A stretch of 64,000 nt of DNA, taken from the NCBI GenBank assembly GCA_035570275.1, contig DATMNI010000373.1:38464-102463 (forward strand), in the 5' to 3' direction. This stretch comes from Candidatus Acidiferrales bacterium. Its GTDB lineage: Bacteria > Acidobacteriota > Terriglobia > Bryobacterales > Bryobacteraceae. The translations under genes and the position numbers were made by a program. The notes under the pieces were generated by a model. It saw only the letters and a list, made by a program, of their open reading frames with translations, was not told the DNA's origin and did no database searches. Of this stretch, positions 26,955 through 37,800 are shown in pieces. The stretch's first letter is position 1. Each line of letters opens with the position of its first letter.

Positions 26955-28229
26955 TTAAGAAACCGGTTCTACCGTCAGCTTCAACCTGTCTATAGCCGTG
27001 ACTCTGACGCGTGCACCGGCCGGCAGGGGCAGCGTGGAAACGGCATCCCAGTACTCGCCGTGCACAAAGACCTTGCCGTCCGGTTTCAACTCCGTGACAG
27101 CCGCGCCCATCTGGCCGATCATACCCTCACGGCCCGTCTCCACTTTATTCTGCCTCGCCCGCCACGCCAGCGAAAGCAAGAAAACCGTGATCGCCGAAAA
27201 CGGCAGCGCCAGACCAATCGCGGTGGCCCAGTGGATACGCATCTCGGGCGCCGGGCTGTCGATCAGCATCACCGCGCCCAATACCAGGGACACTGCTCCG
27301 CCCACGCCCAGAACGCCGTGCGAGGCGAACTTGACCTCCAGCACGAACAGCGTGAAGGCCAGCAGCATCAGCGCCGCGCCCAGCCAGTTGATGGGCAGCA
27401 CCGAGAGCGCCGAAAGGCCGAGCAGCACCAGGATCGACCCGAGCACACCCGGCGCGATCAGCCCCGGCGACGAGAACTCCACGTAGATCCCCAGCGCTCC
27501 GATTACCAGCAGGACGAGCGCGATGTTCGGGTCGGCTATGGCGGTAATAATTTTTTGGCGCAGCGACTTTTCGAATACCTGTATGACGGCGCCCGCCGTG
27601 TGCAACGTTTGGGTGCTGCCATCGAAGCGCGTTACCACGCGTCCTTCGAGAGCCCGCAGCAGCGCCGGTTCGTTGGGCGCGACTAAGTCGACCAGGTTCT
27701 GGTCCAACGCCTCCCGTTCGGTGAACGACTTGCTTTCGCGCACCGCCGTCTCGGCCAGCGCGCTGTTCCGGCCGCGCTTGGAGCAGATGCTGCGCAGATA
27801 AGCCGCGGCATCGTTCTCCACCTTCTGTTTCATTACCGGGTCCATCTCAGCGCCGAGCAGCACGGGGTGGGCCGCGCCGGTGTTGGTTCCCGGCGCCATC
27901 GCCGCGATGTCACCCGATTCAAGCAGAAAGAAACCGGCCGAGGCGGCGCGCCCGCCGCTGGGCGCAACGTAAGTTACCACGGGAACCGGTGATGCCACGA
28001 TCCTGGCGATAGTTTCCCGCATCGCGTCCATCAGTCCGCCGGGTGTATTTAATCGTATGATGACCAACGATGCGTTCTGTTCCCTGGCTTGCGCCAACGC
28101 GGCGCCCACGATTTCGGCCGTGATGGGATGCACCATGCCGTCCACATCCACCGCGATTACTTTCGAAGGCGCCCCAGCGGCCTGCGCCACCAGCGCAAGC
28201 GCTATCAGTAAAATCACGCTTCCTCGCAA
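26955..28229 (-). CDS. NfeD family membrane-bound ClpP-class serine protease
   Basis: Signal peptide, ClpP-like domain (LNTPGGL, GRAASAGFF), central TM helices and a C-terminal OB-fold NfeD domain. Sits upstream of the SPFH gene, the canonical operon arrangement. Confidence 0.85.
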   Translation of the reverse strand: MRGSVILLIALALVAQAAGAPSKVIAVDVDGMVHPITAEIVGAALAQAREQNASLVIIRLNTPGGLMDAMRETIARIVASPVPVVTYVAPSGGRAASAGFFLLESGDIAAMAPGTNTGAAHPVLLGAEMDPVMKQKVENDAAAYLRSICSKRGRNSALAETAVRESKSFTEREALDQNLVDLVAPNEPALLRALEGRVVTRFDGSTQTLHTAGAVIQVFEKSLRQKIITAIADPNIALVLLVIGALGIYVEFSSPGLIAPGVLGSILVLLGLSALSVLPINWLGAALMLLAFTLFVLEVKFASHGVLGVGGAVSLVLGAVMLIDSPAPEMRIHWATAIGLALPFSAITVFLLSLAWRARQNKVETGREGMIGQMGAAVTELKPDGKVFVHGEYWDAVSTLPLPAGARVRVTAIDRLKLTVEPVS

Positions 28230-28393
28230 TCTGATTTAAGGATACACCTATCGGTAAACACTATCTGAAACTGTGACAACCCTCTCAAAAACACCGGGGC
28301 ATAATGCAATAGATAGAAACTTTTGATGCATTCGCGCTGAGGCATTCGCTAAAATAGAAGAACAATTTTTGATCGGTTGGAGAAATCGTATAT

Positions 28394-28798
28394 ATGGCAT
28401 CAAAGCGTGTTTCCGAAAAGAAAATGGCGGTGCCCTCCGGCGCCGCCCAGTCAGCTTCCGTCCGTAAACAGGCCGCATCCAGGCGCACCACCCGTTCCGC
28501 AAAACCGGTTGAGACTCTGGCCGCCCCCGCTGCCCAACCAGTAACCACAGCGCCCTTCGGTGTTGAACCCTCGGGGGCCTTTGAACCCTTGGGGGCTGTT
28601 GAACTCTGGGTGCCCGCTGCGCACTCTTTGGCTATTGCACACCAGGTCGAGGAACCGTCGCAGGAAGCCGTTGCCGCTTTGGCATATTCCTATTGGGTCG
28701 CCCGCGACTGCCAAGGCGGCTCTCCCGAAGAAGACTGGCTTCGCGCCGAGCAGGAACTCCGCACGGTTTGCTCCCGCGCGGCTTACGCCACGGCGTAG
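28394..28798 (+). CDS. DUF2934 domain protein
   Basis: C-terminal IA.LAYSYWVARDCQGGSPEEDWLRAEQEL matches the DUF2934 signature (AY..W..RG...G...DW..AE.EL). Confidence 0.6.
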   Translation: MASKRVSEKKMAVPSGAAQSASVRKQAASRRTTRSAKPVETLAAPAAQPVTTAPFGVEPSGAFEPLGAVELWVPAAHSLAIAHQVEEPSQEAVAALAYSYWVARDCQGGSPEEDWLRAEQELRTVCSRAAYATA

Positions 28799-28803
28799 CC
28801 ACT

Positions 28804-29427
28804 TTACTTGTACTTTCGAAGCACTGCCAGCAGCCGGCCCTGAATCAACACATCCTTTGCCGGAACGATAATCGGTTTCAGCGCTGAATTGGCGGGCTGC
28901 AAGCGGATGGTGTCCGCGGATTCCCGATAGAAGCGCTTCAGTGTGGTTTCACTGCCCGCTACCAGCGCGACCACGATATCGCCGTCGCGCGCCTCCGAGG
29001 CCCGTTCCAGCAGGATCAGATCGCCATCGCAGATGTGATCGTCGATCATGGAATTGCCGCGCACTTCGAGCGCGAAATTATTGCCGTTGCCGGCAAAGTC
29101 GGCGAAGTTCAACATCTCGCGCTGTTCCACGGACTCCACCGGCGCCCCGGCTGCGATGCGGCCCAGCAGCGGGATCTCCATCACGACCGGTTTGCTGCGC
29201 CGCTGCTCCTGCAGGTACTTGGGCGCCAGTTCCAACGACCGGCTTTGATTGAAGCCGCGCTTCAGGTAATTCTTTCCTTCCAGTACCGAGATGTGCTTAT
29301 GCACCGTGGCCAGGGAAGCCAGTTCCAGCCCGCGCGCGATCTCTTCGTAGCTCGGGCAGTAGCCGTTCTCGTCGAGAAAGCCGGCGATGAAATCCAGCAC
29401 CTGCTTTTGCCGCTTGGTTAGTGCCAT
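28804..29427 (-). CDS. lexA: LexA repressor
   Basis: ATG at 29427 (MALTKRQKQVLDFI). Winged HTH, Ala-Gly cleavage site (RIAAGAP), catalytic Ser (RGNSM) and Lys (TLKRF). Confidence 0.9.
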   Translation of the reverse strand: MALTKRQKQVLDFIAGFLDENGYCPSYEEIARGLELASLATVHKHISVLEGKNYLKRGFNQSRSLELAPKYLQEQRRSKPVVMEIPLLGRIAAGAPVESVEQREMLNFADFAGNGNNFALEVRGNSMIDDHICDGDLILLERASEARDGDIVVALVAGSETTLKRFYRESADTIRLQPANSALKPIIVPAKDVLIQGRLLAVLRKYK

Positions 29428-29442
29428 ACAGCCATTGTGGGC

Positions 29443-29457
29443 GAACAAAAAGTGAAA
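29443..29457. promoter_or_regulatory. Candidate LexA box of the direct-repeat GTTC-N7-GTTC class (one mismatch)
   Basis: The plus strand reads GAACaaaaagtGAAa, which is tTTCactttttGTTC on the lexA strand, 16-30 nt upstream of the lexA ATG. As I recall it, this direct-repeat class is reported for Alphaproteobacteria and for Acidobacterium capsulatum. Confidence 0.3.
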
Positions 29458-29547
29458 ATCAAGAGGAAAAATCAACAAGAGGATCTCGGGTTGCGATCTC
29501 GGGTCACCGCGTCGACATGCCGCAGCCGACGGGCTGGCAACCGCCGC

Positions 29548-32247
29548 TCACTCGTACCGTAACGCCACAATCGGATCCACCCGCGACCCGCGCCGCGCCG
29601 GGATCAGCGAAGCTGCCACCGACACCGCCGCCAGCAGCACCACGGCGGCCGCATAGGTCTGCCAGTCGCTGGGTTTCACGTTGAACAGCAGGCTCTGCAA
29701 ATACCGCGTAAGCGCGTAGGCGCCGGCCAGCCCCACCACCACGCCCGCGGCGATCAGTCCGCCGGCCTGCTTCATCACCAGCGCCAGGATGCTGGCGGGC
29801 TTGGCGCCTAGCGCGATGCGGATTCCCAACTCCGAAGTCCGCTGGCTCACCGAATAGGACAGCACGCCGAAGATCCCGATCATCGCCAGCGAAACCGCCA
29901 CCGCGGCGAACAGCAGCAGCAGCAGCGTCTGGAAGCGGCGCTCGGCTACGGAGAGCGCGATGATCTCGTCCATGGTGCGGACGGCGGTGACCGGCTGGTC
30001 TTTGTCGAGGGCCCACACCTGCTGCTGGATGGGGTTGATGAGCTGGTGCGGGTCGCCCGCGGTGCGCACGGCGAAATCGGCTATAAACACAGGGTAAATA
30101 TCGGTTTGCGCGGCGGGCAGATAGACCTGCGGCTTGATCTCCGCCGTCTTACCCGCCCGCCGGATATCGTTCACCACCCCCACAACGGTCACCCACGGCG
30201 CCTTCGAGCCGCGACGCAGCCGGCGGCCGATCGGGTCGGCGGTGGGGAAAAACTGGCGGGCGAATGCCTGGTTGACCACGCCCACGTGGGGCTGCCCGGC
30301 CTGGTCGGCCGCCACCAGAAGCCGGCCGCGCAGCAGCGGGATACCCAGCGTCTCGAAATACCCTGGGCTCACCGCCTGGCTGTCGGCGTCGCGGGTGGCC
30401 GGGTTGCCATCGTCTACAGCGATGCCGGTTCCCCAACCGCCGCGCAGCGGAAAGTTGTTCGCGAAAGCCACGGAACGCACACCGGGCAGCGCGCGGACGC
30501 GTTCCTCCAATCGCTGGAAGAACCGGAGCCGGTCGTCGGCTGAGAGGTAGTGCAATTTCGGCAGAGGGATACTCATGGCCAGCACGCGATCGGGTTGGAA
30601 CCCCAGATCCACGCCCAACACCTGCACGAAATCCTTGAGCATCAGCCCGGCCCCCACCAGCAGGATCATGGAGAGCGCCACTTCCGCCACCGTCAGCGCC
30701 GAACGCCAGCGCACCTGGGATTTGCCGCCGGTCTTCCGCTCGCTGCTCTTGAGCGATTCGGCCGGCCTGGTGCGCGATGCCTGCCACGCTGGGATCATGC
30801 CGAACGCAATTCCCGTCAGCGTGGCGATTGCCGTAGCGACCGTGAACACCCGCCAGTCCATGGTGACGCCGTCGAGCCGCGGAATGTTGGCCGGCGCCGC
30901 CATCACCAGAAGCCGCATCAGCACCCGGCCCAATCCGATTCCGGCCGCGCATCCGGCCGCCGCCACCAGCAGACTTTCCGCCAGGAACTGACGCACAATG
31001 CGCAGACGGCTGGCGCCCAGCGCGAAGCGGACGCTGGTTTCATGGCGGCGCGCGATGGCGCGCACCAGCAGCAGGTTGGCCACGTTGACGCAGGTAATCA
31101 GTACGATGAGGGCCGATGCGCCCAACAGGGCTTGCAGGGAATCGGTGACCCTGCGGATGAGGTCATCCTGCAACGGTGCGATGACGGCGCGCATGCCGAG
31201 GTTGGAATCGGGGAAGCGCTGCGCCAACCCTGCCGAAATAGCGTCCAATTCCGATTGCGCGCTACGCACTGATGCGCCCGGCTGCAGGCGGCCCAGCACG
31301 TTGATCTCGTGGTCACCATGGCCCACCAGCAAATCCGCCGTGTAGGCGGCCGGGACGAAGAACTCGACGCGGTTGGGCTGGCCGAATTGGCCCACCGGTT
31401 GAAAGCTGCGCGGCAGCACGCCTATGACGGTATGCGGCCGCGCATCCAGCATCAGGGTTCGGCCTAACACGCCAGTATCGCCACCCAGGCGACGGAGGCA
31501 AAAATCATGCGTTAGCAGTACCACGGGGCCGGCATCGGGCGTGTCTTCCTCGGGCACAAAAACGCGGCCTTGCTCTGGTTCCACGCCCAGCAAGCCAAAG
31601 TAATTGGCGGTCACCGCCTCGCCCAACAACCGCTCCGGCGTTCCGTCCCCGGTGAGGTTCTTATGGGAGTAAGCGAAACCGGCCAGGCCTGTGAAGGCGC
31701 GGCTATTCCGATAGTCCAGAAGGTTGGCGACCGATACCGTGGTCCGCCGTGGGCCTCCCGCGCCTCCGACCCTCGAACCCGAACTGTTGAACGAATTCGG
31801 CCCTTGCCTGGTGAATTCCTCCCACAGGGAAATGAGCCGGCCGGGTTCCCTATAGGGAAGGCTGCGAATGATCACCGCGTTCACCACGCTGAAGACCGCC
31901 GTGTTCATACCCAGCCCCAGAGCCAGCGTGAGCACGGCCACCACGGTGAACCCGGGCGTCTTGCGCAGCGACCGAAACCCGTGCCGAAAGTCTTGAGCCA
32001 GGCGCTCCCAACGGGCGAATCCCCACAGTTCCGAACTGGTCTCCCCAAGCCAGGTGCGGTTACCGAACTGGCGCTGGGCTGTGTAGCCGGCCTCGGTTCG
32101 CGCCACGCCCTGCTGGCGGAGTTTCTGCGCGCGCAGGTCGATGTGCAGCCGCATTTCTTCTTCCAGATCGCCGGCATGGCGGCTCCGCTGAAACAGGTAT
32201 GCCGCGCGCCGTCCGAACTCACGCAAACCCATGCTGGTCCTCCTCAA
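29548..32247 (-). CDS. ADOP family duplicated FtsX/MacB-like permease (TIGR03434-type)
   Basis: 899 aa with two MacB_PCD + FtsX modules. N-terminal REFGRR...LEEEMR.H pattern. Overlaps the upstream PadR gene by 4 nt. Confidence 0.85.
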   Translation of the reverse strand: MRRTSMGLREFGRRAAYLFQRSRHAGDLEEEMRLHIDLRAQKLRQQGVARTEAGYTAQRQFGNRTWLGETSSELWGFARWERLAQDFRHGFRSLRKTPGFTVVAVLTLALGLGMNTAVFSVVNAVIIRSLPYREPGRLISLWEEFTRQGPNSFNSSGSRVGGAGGPRRTTVSVANLLDYRNSRAFTGLAGFAYSHKNLTGDGTPERLLGEAVTANYFGLLGVEPEQGRVFVPEEDTPDAGPVVLLTHDFCLRRLGGDTGVLGRTLMLDARPHTVIGVLPRSFQPVGQFGQPNRVEFFVPAAYTADLLVGHGDHEINVLGRLQPGASVRSAQSELDAISAGLAQRFPDSNLGMRAVIAPLQDDLIRRVTDSLQALLGASALIVLITCVNVANLLLVRAIARRHETSVRFALGASRLRIVRQFLAESLLVAAAGCAAGIGLGRVLMRLLVMAAPANIPRLDGVTMDWRVFTVATAIATLTGIAFGMIPAWQASRTRPAESLKSSERKTGGKSQVRWRSALTVAEVALSMILLVGAGLMLKDFVQVLGVDLGFQPDRVLAMSIPLPKLHYLSADDRLRFFQRLEERVRALPGVRSVAFANNFPLRGGWGTGIAVDDGNPATRDADSQAVSPGYFETLGIPLLRGRLLVAADQAGQPHVGVVNQAFARQFFPTADPIGRRLRRGSKAPWVTVVGVVNDIRRAGKTAEIKPQVYLPAAQTDIYPVFIADFAVRTAGDPHQLINPIQQQVWALDKDQPVTAVRTMDEIIALSVAERRFQTLLLLLFAAVAVSLAMIGIFGVLSYSVSQRTSELGIRIALGAKPASILALVMKQAGGLIAAGVVVGLAGAYALTRYLQSLLFNVKPSDWQTYAAAVVLLAAVSVAASLIPARRGSRVDPIVALRYE

Positions 32248-32582
32248 GCCGGCTGCAAGACCCGCGCGATCGCCTGCGCCACGCGTTGGTATTTTGCCAA
32301 TTCGTGCGCAAGCTGCTGGCGCCCGGCGCTGGTCAGCCGGTAGTAGCGGGCGCGCCGGTTCTCCTTGGTCTTTCTCCAGTCGCCCACCAGCCAGCCCTTA
32401 ATCAGCATGCGCTGGAGGGCAGGGTAGAGCGACCCCTCTTCCACGTGCAGGACATCCGCCGACGTCTGCTGGATAGCCTCGGCGATCTCGAAGCCGTGCA
32501 TCTCGCCGGTACGGGCCAGCGTCTTCAGAATCAGCATGTCGAGCGTCCCCGGAGGGATTTCGTCGCGTTGTCCTCTGATCAC
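32244..32582 (-). CDS. PadR family transcriptional regulator (acidobacterial TIGR03433-type)
   Basis: GTLDMLILKTLA.GEMHGFEI...I......L.VEEGSLYPALQRM..KGW signature. Confidence 0.9.
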   Translation of the reverse strand: MIRGQRDEIPPGTLDMLILKTLARTGEMHGFEIAEAIQQTSADVLHVEEGSLYPALQRMLIKGWLVGDWRKTKENRRARYYRLTSAGRQQLAHELAKYQRVAQAIARVLQPA

Positions 32583-32889
32583 ATAGACAGACTATGTCAG
32601 AAAAGGTTAGATTGCAAGCGCGCAATCGGGCGGGCCTTGCCCGGCGAGAAATCGCCGGTGCGCTCGAGCGCGGTCGGAACCGACACGCTGGTGGACGAAG
32701 CCTGACTCTGGCGGTAGGCTTCGACCGCGATCCACAGTTCGGTGGTTCGGCGCTGCAAACAGATTGCGGGGCTATAGGGGTTCGAGCATTGTCGGATTCA
32801 AATGGGTGTATACTTTCAAGCACCGGAAGGCCCAAGAACCGGAAGGCCAAGGACTAATTCCGGGAAACTTCATCTTCCAGGAGAGACCC

Positions 32890-34128
32890 ATGGATTCGAA
32901 AAAACCTAATCGAAGGGGATTCCTAAAAGATAGCGCCCTGATGGCCGGCTTGGCCGCGGGGGGCGGCGTACGGCTTGCGAAAGGCCAGACGCAAGGGACG
33001 CCCTCCAAGAAAATCGACGAGCTGATCGCCTATGGCGAGCGCTCCCGTTTCGTCACCTCGATTCGCATGCCCGTTGCCGAGAGGCATTCGCCTGATGAAT
33101 TCGGGCTCACGTTTCACGTGTTGACCCCGCTACAGGATTCGGTCGGGATTATCACGCCATCTTCGCTCCACTATACGGCGACACACCGCGGCGCCTATGT
33201 TCCCGACATCGACCCCCGGGAGCATCGACTCATGATCCACGGGATGGTGGACCGGCCGCTAGTTTTCACCATGGAGGAGTTGAAGCGTCTCCCGTACGTA
33301 TCCCGCATCCACTTCATTGAGTGCCTGGGAAACCGTGCGAAGCCAACGCACAAAACGGTTCAGGAAACGCACGGATTGACTAGTTGCGCCGAATGGACCG
33401 GCGTGCCCCTATCCCTGCTCCTCAAGGAGGCCGGCGTGCAAAACTCGGCGTCCTGGATTGTTGCGGAAGGCGCGGAAGAAGTGAAGGGCGCGTCGAGCAT
33501 TCCGCTTGCGAAGGCGATGGACGACTGTATCGTGTGCTACGCGCAAAATGGCGAGCCGATCCGTCCGCAGCAAGGCTTTCCTCTGCGGCTGATGGTTCCC
33601 GGCTTTGAAGGCATTTATCAGATCAAGTACTTGAGGCGAATCAAGGTCGTGGACCGTTACTACATGACCTATGACGACTACGGGCATATTAATCCGGACC
33701 CGAAAGTGGCCGCGTTGACTCACCAGATCGGACCGAAATCAGTCATCACTTTTCCGTCGGGTGGGCAACAGATGGCAGGCCCAGGGTTCTACGAAATCTC
33801 TGGTTTGGCGTGGTCCGGTGGAGGCGCCATCCGCGGTGTGGAGATAAGCACCGACGGCGGCCAGAGCTGGAAGAATGCCGACCTTCGGTCGCCGGCCTAT
33901 TCAATGGCGCATACCCGATTTGGCTTCCACTGGAAGTGGGACGGAAAAGAGAGTGTGCTCATGTCGCGATGCACGGACGAACTGGGTACGGTTCAACCAA
34001 CGCGAGCCGACGTCGCGAAATATTGGAACAAACCCGACGACGACAAGCTGCGGATTCAAGGCTCCGACAATTCCGTTCAACCGTGGAGGGTCTCGAGCGA
34101 CGGGAGCGTTCACAATGGGCTTTCCTAG
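32890..34128 (+). CDS. sorA: Sulfite dehydrogenase/sulfite-oxidase-family molybdopterin subunit with Tat signal (SorA-like)
   Basis: ATG at 32890. Tat motif NRRGFLKDSALMAGLAAGGG. Mo-ligand Cys context HFIECLGN. Dimerisation domain at the C-terminus. Confidence 0.75.
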   Translation: MDSKKPNRRGFLKDSALMAGLAAGGGVRLAKGQTQGTPSKKIDELIAYGERSRFVTSIRMPVAERHSPDEFGLTFHVLTPLQDSVGIITPSSLHYTATHRGAYVPDIDPREHRLMIHGMVDRPLVFTMEELKRLPYVSRIHFIECLGNRAKPTHKTVQETHGLTSCAEWTGVPLSLLLKEAGVQNSASWIVAEGAEEVKGASSIPLAKAMDDCIVCYAQNGEPIRPQQGFPLRLMVPGFEGIYQIKYLRRIKVVDRYYMTYDDYGHINPDPKVAALTHQIGPKSVITFPSGGQQMAGPGFYEISGLAWSGGGAIRGVEISTDGGQSWKNADLRSPAYSMAHTRFGFHWKWDGKESVLMSRCTDELGTVQPTRADVAKYWNKPDDDKLRIQGSDNSVQPWRVSSDGSVHNGLS

Positions 34129-34717
34129 GCGTCTCCTGGTCACGGCGATCCTGGTTACGGCGATCTTCGGGATTTGCCGGACTGCCTGGACACAGTCGCC
34201 CACCTATGGCCTCGGAAAGACCCCGAGCGCAGCAGAAATCCGCGCCTGGGATATCGCCATCAGCCCGACGGGAAAGGAGCTTCCGTCCGGACAGGGGACT
34301 GCCAAAGAAGGTGCGGCGCTCTATGTCCGAAAGGGGTGCGCGGGATGCCACGGGGCAACCGGATCCGGAGCCCATGCTCCCACGTTAATCAGCAGGAAAG
34401 GCCCTCAGACGGCCTCTTCCGCGCCTTGTCTGGCCCCTTGTGTGAACGACAGAAACAGCATGGCGGTTCACTCGCCCTTCGCGACGACGATATGGGACTA
34501 CATCAATCGCGGCATGCCTCTGGGGAAAGAGGGGACGCTCAGCCCCAATGAGGTGTACGCCCTCACCGCCTTCCTGCTGTACAAGAACGACGTCATCAAG
34601 GAAGACGAGGTCATGGACGCTCAGAGTCTGCCGAAGGTCAAAATGCCGAATCGTGATGGATTTGCCCTCCCTCCCGAGTGGAAGCACGGGACGCCAAGGC
34701 TTCAGGGCTATCCTTAA
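34115..34717 (+). CDS. sorB: Mono-haem c-type cytochrome (SorB-like electron acceptor)
   Basis: ATG at 34115 overlaps the sorA end by 14 nt. Signal peptide. Haem-binding CAGCHG. Confidence 0.7.
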   Translation: MGFPRRLLVTAILVTAIFGICRTAWTQSPTYGLGKTPSAAEIRAWDIAISPTGKELPSGQGTAKEGAALYVRKGCAGCHGATGSGAHAPTLISRKGPQTASSAPCLAPCVNDRNSMAVHSPFATTIWDYINRGMPLGKEGTLSPNEVYALTAFLLYKNDVIKEDEVMDAQSLPKVKMPNRDGFALPPEWKHGTPRLQGYP

Positions 34718-34825
34718 TCCCTAGTCGATAGGAGCCACGGATCCCTCGGCTGTGCAGCCATTATTGCGATCTCGTCTCCACCGCGAAGCGGATGCCGTAG
34801 CTGGCCGCGAGGGGGCAGCTCGGAC

Positions 34826-37800
34826 TTAGAAGCTATACTTCAACGCCGCTTGCACCACGCGGTTGGAGCCGGCGCTGGTGACGATGCCGAAGGTGCTGGT
34901 CCCTAGAGTGGTGCCGGGCTTGCTCCACTGCGGCGTGTTGGTCGAATTGAAGGCCTCTAACCGCAACAGAAGCCGGTGCGATTCCTTATACGGCATCCTG
35001 AACGATTTGGACAACGAAGCATCCAGCGTGTGCAGACCGGGAGCCACCAGCGGGTTGCGGGGCGAATTGCCGAAACTCATACCGGTGTTGGAGAACGCGG
35101 CTGTGTTGAACCAAAGGTTCGGACCGGGATTGGCGACATGTACGTTCTGGCCCGCAACCAGATTGGGCCGCGATTCCACGTATCCCGAGCTATTGGCGTC
35201 GACATTCTGCGGATCGCCGTTTTCGGTGATGAACATGGGGTTGCCGCTCTGTTCCGTCAGGATGCCGCCGATGTCCCAACCGCTTACCACGGCGCCCGCG
35301 ATCCCCTTGAGTTGTGAGCCAAAAGGAATGCGCCACGTCCAGCCTGCCACCAGCCGGTTACGAACGTCGTTGGCCGAATCAGCCCGCATATTGCAGCGGC
35401 TGCAACGCGGATCTTGCGCTTGGGCGCGCGAACCATTCAGGTTGCTGCCCTGGTCGTCGATCAGATGCGACCAGGAGTACGAAGCCGTGGCGCTCAGCCC
35501 ATGGCCGAAACGGTGTTCGTACTGCACCTGCATGGCGTTGTAGTTGCTGTTGCCATCCGATGCCCACATGCGGATTTCGCCCAGGGTCGGGAACGGCCGC
35601 CGCGGCTGGATCGCTCCCGGTCCCGGCGGCGGGCTGTTATAGTTCAGCAGGCTGCTATCCAGGAATGTGCCTTTGCCGCCGACGTAGCGGACTTCCAGCA
35701 CGTCGTTCTTCGTGAATTCATGGCCTAACGTGGCATTCCAGTTCTGGTAATACGGGTTGATGTGCTGTTGGTTCGGCTCAATCGAAACGTAGTTGTAGAT
35801 GGGCGTGCCCCCGGTCGAGATCAGTGCCTGGGGAAACGGGTTCTGAATGGTGGCGATCGGATTCACCGTCGTGTTGACAGCCGTAATGTTGGCGCCGATG
35901 GGCGGATTGTTCTGTAGCGTGTTGATCTGATCGAAGTTGGGCGTCACCGTGAAGATGCCGTAGCCGGCTCGAAACACGGTGTTGGCCGTCAGGCGATACG
36001 CCAACCCGACTCGTGGGCCAATGTGCCAGTACTCGTTATTCCACAGCGGAACGGTCTGGCCGGGATTGGGGAACAGCGACGGGGTCGAGCTTGCCAGACA
36101 GGTGCCAACCACCGGAAACATGCCTGAGCAGGCGAACACCGGCGGCTGGTCCCAACGCAGCGTCCGGCTGGTGCCTACGGCGTCGTGCGGCACCGGCAGC
36201 AGATCGTAACGGGCGCCCAGATTCACCGTCAAGCGTGAGCTCACCTTCCAGTCGTCGTTGAAGAAGAACCCGTAACGCCACTGGCGGACGCCCGAAACCG
36301 GAATGCCCTGCGGCGTAACGGAACTGTAGGGATAGCCCAGCAGGTAGTCGGCCGCCGCGTTATTACTGATATTCCCGTTGAAGGTGAGTGAGCCGAACGG
36401 CTGGTTGGTGGTGTTGGCATCATCCGCGAGTTTGCGGACGTCGGCGCCTATCTTCAGCGTATGGGCGCCCTTGATCATGGTAAGGACATCCAGAAGCTGG
36501 TGGGTGTGGCTGCCGTCCAAACCCTGGCCGCCCGTGCTGTCTCCGATGCCCAGGTACCCGCTAATGCCGATGGAGGGAAACCCCGCGTTTACCCCGCTGA
36601 GTGGCGTGCCACCCGGACCGCCGATCAACAGACCGTTGATGCCCAGCGTCTTGGCTGCGTCGAATGAGGTTCCCGCCAGCGGGCTCAACTCCCGCAGGCT
36701 GGACCGGTTGTAACCGAACTCGATCATGTTGATTTTGGTCGGGCTGAAGGTGTGCAGCCACTGCGCGGCGACGCCCTGGTTCCGGGTCCTTGGCAGGCTT
36801 CCGAACGGGGGATCCAAGCCGACGTTCGGGGCGTAGTTGCGGTTAAAAGTGTAGTGGCCGAACACCTGGTCCTTCGTGCCGAAAGTCTGATCGATGCGGG
36901 TCAGCACCTGGTCATTCGTGGTCAGCGTGGTGGAGACCCCCGACAGGTTCGCCACGGTGCTGGCCACGTTGGGCTGCGGGAAATACGTGTTGGCGATGTT
37001 CAGCGATACTGGATTCAAGCGGTTGGCGGGAATGATGTTGCCGGGAAACGCAATGCCGGTTGTGGGATCGACGATCGTCTTAGACCCGCTGAAATTGCCG
37101 CCGAGTTGCGCGGCAGTCATGACCAGGGAACTGCTGGGACTTTCAGAGTTGGTCCGGGTGCCCTCATAAGACACCATATAGAACGTCTTGTCCTTGCGGA
37201 TGGGGCCCGAAGCGATACCTCCAAACTGGTTTTGCCGCAGGATGTTCTTAGGCTGCGGCGCGGGGCGGAAGTAGCCGCGAGCATCCAGGTCGTTATTGCG
37301 AAGGAAGTCCCAGGCTCCGGCGTGGAGCCGGTTGGTGCCGGAGCGGAGCTGAACCTGCACATTAGCTCCCGCGTTGCCGCCGTACTCGGCCGAGTAGTCG
37401 CCGGTCTGGATCTTGAATTCCTGGATGGCATCGATGATGGGCGGCGGCGCTCCGTTGTTGCTGCGCTGCTGGATGACGTTGGTGCCGTCATACGAGATCT
37501 GCTCGTAAAAACTGCGCGCGCCGTTGGCCGCGAACGACGTGCCCGAGGCCACTACGCCCGGCGTCAGATTTCCCAGACTCACGTAGTTCCGGCCGTTCAG
37601 CGGCAGATCGACGATCCGCTCCTCGGAGACCGTGGCGGCCATGGTGGCGCTCTGGGTATCGAGCAGGACGCCCTGCGCGCTGACCTCGACCGCTTCGGTG
37701 ACGGCGCCGACCTGAAGCTTGAAATCCACGCGGGGCAGTTGCCCGATGCGCAGCGTGATACCGGCCGTGCGCTCCTGCCGAAAGCCGTTCATGCGCACTT

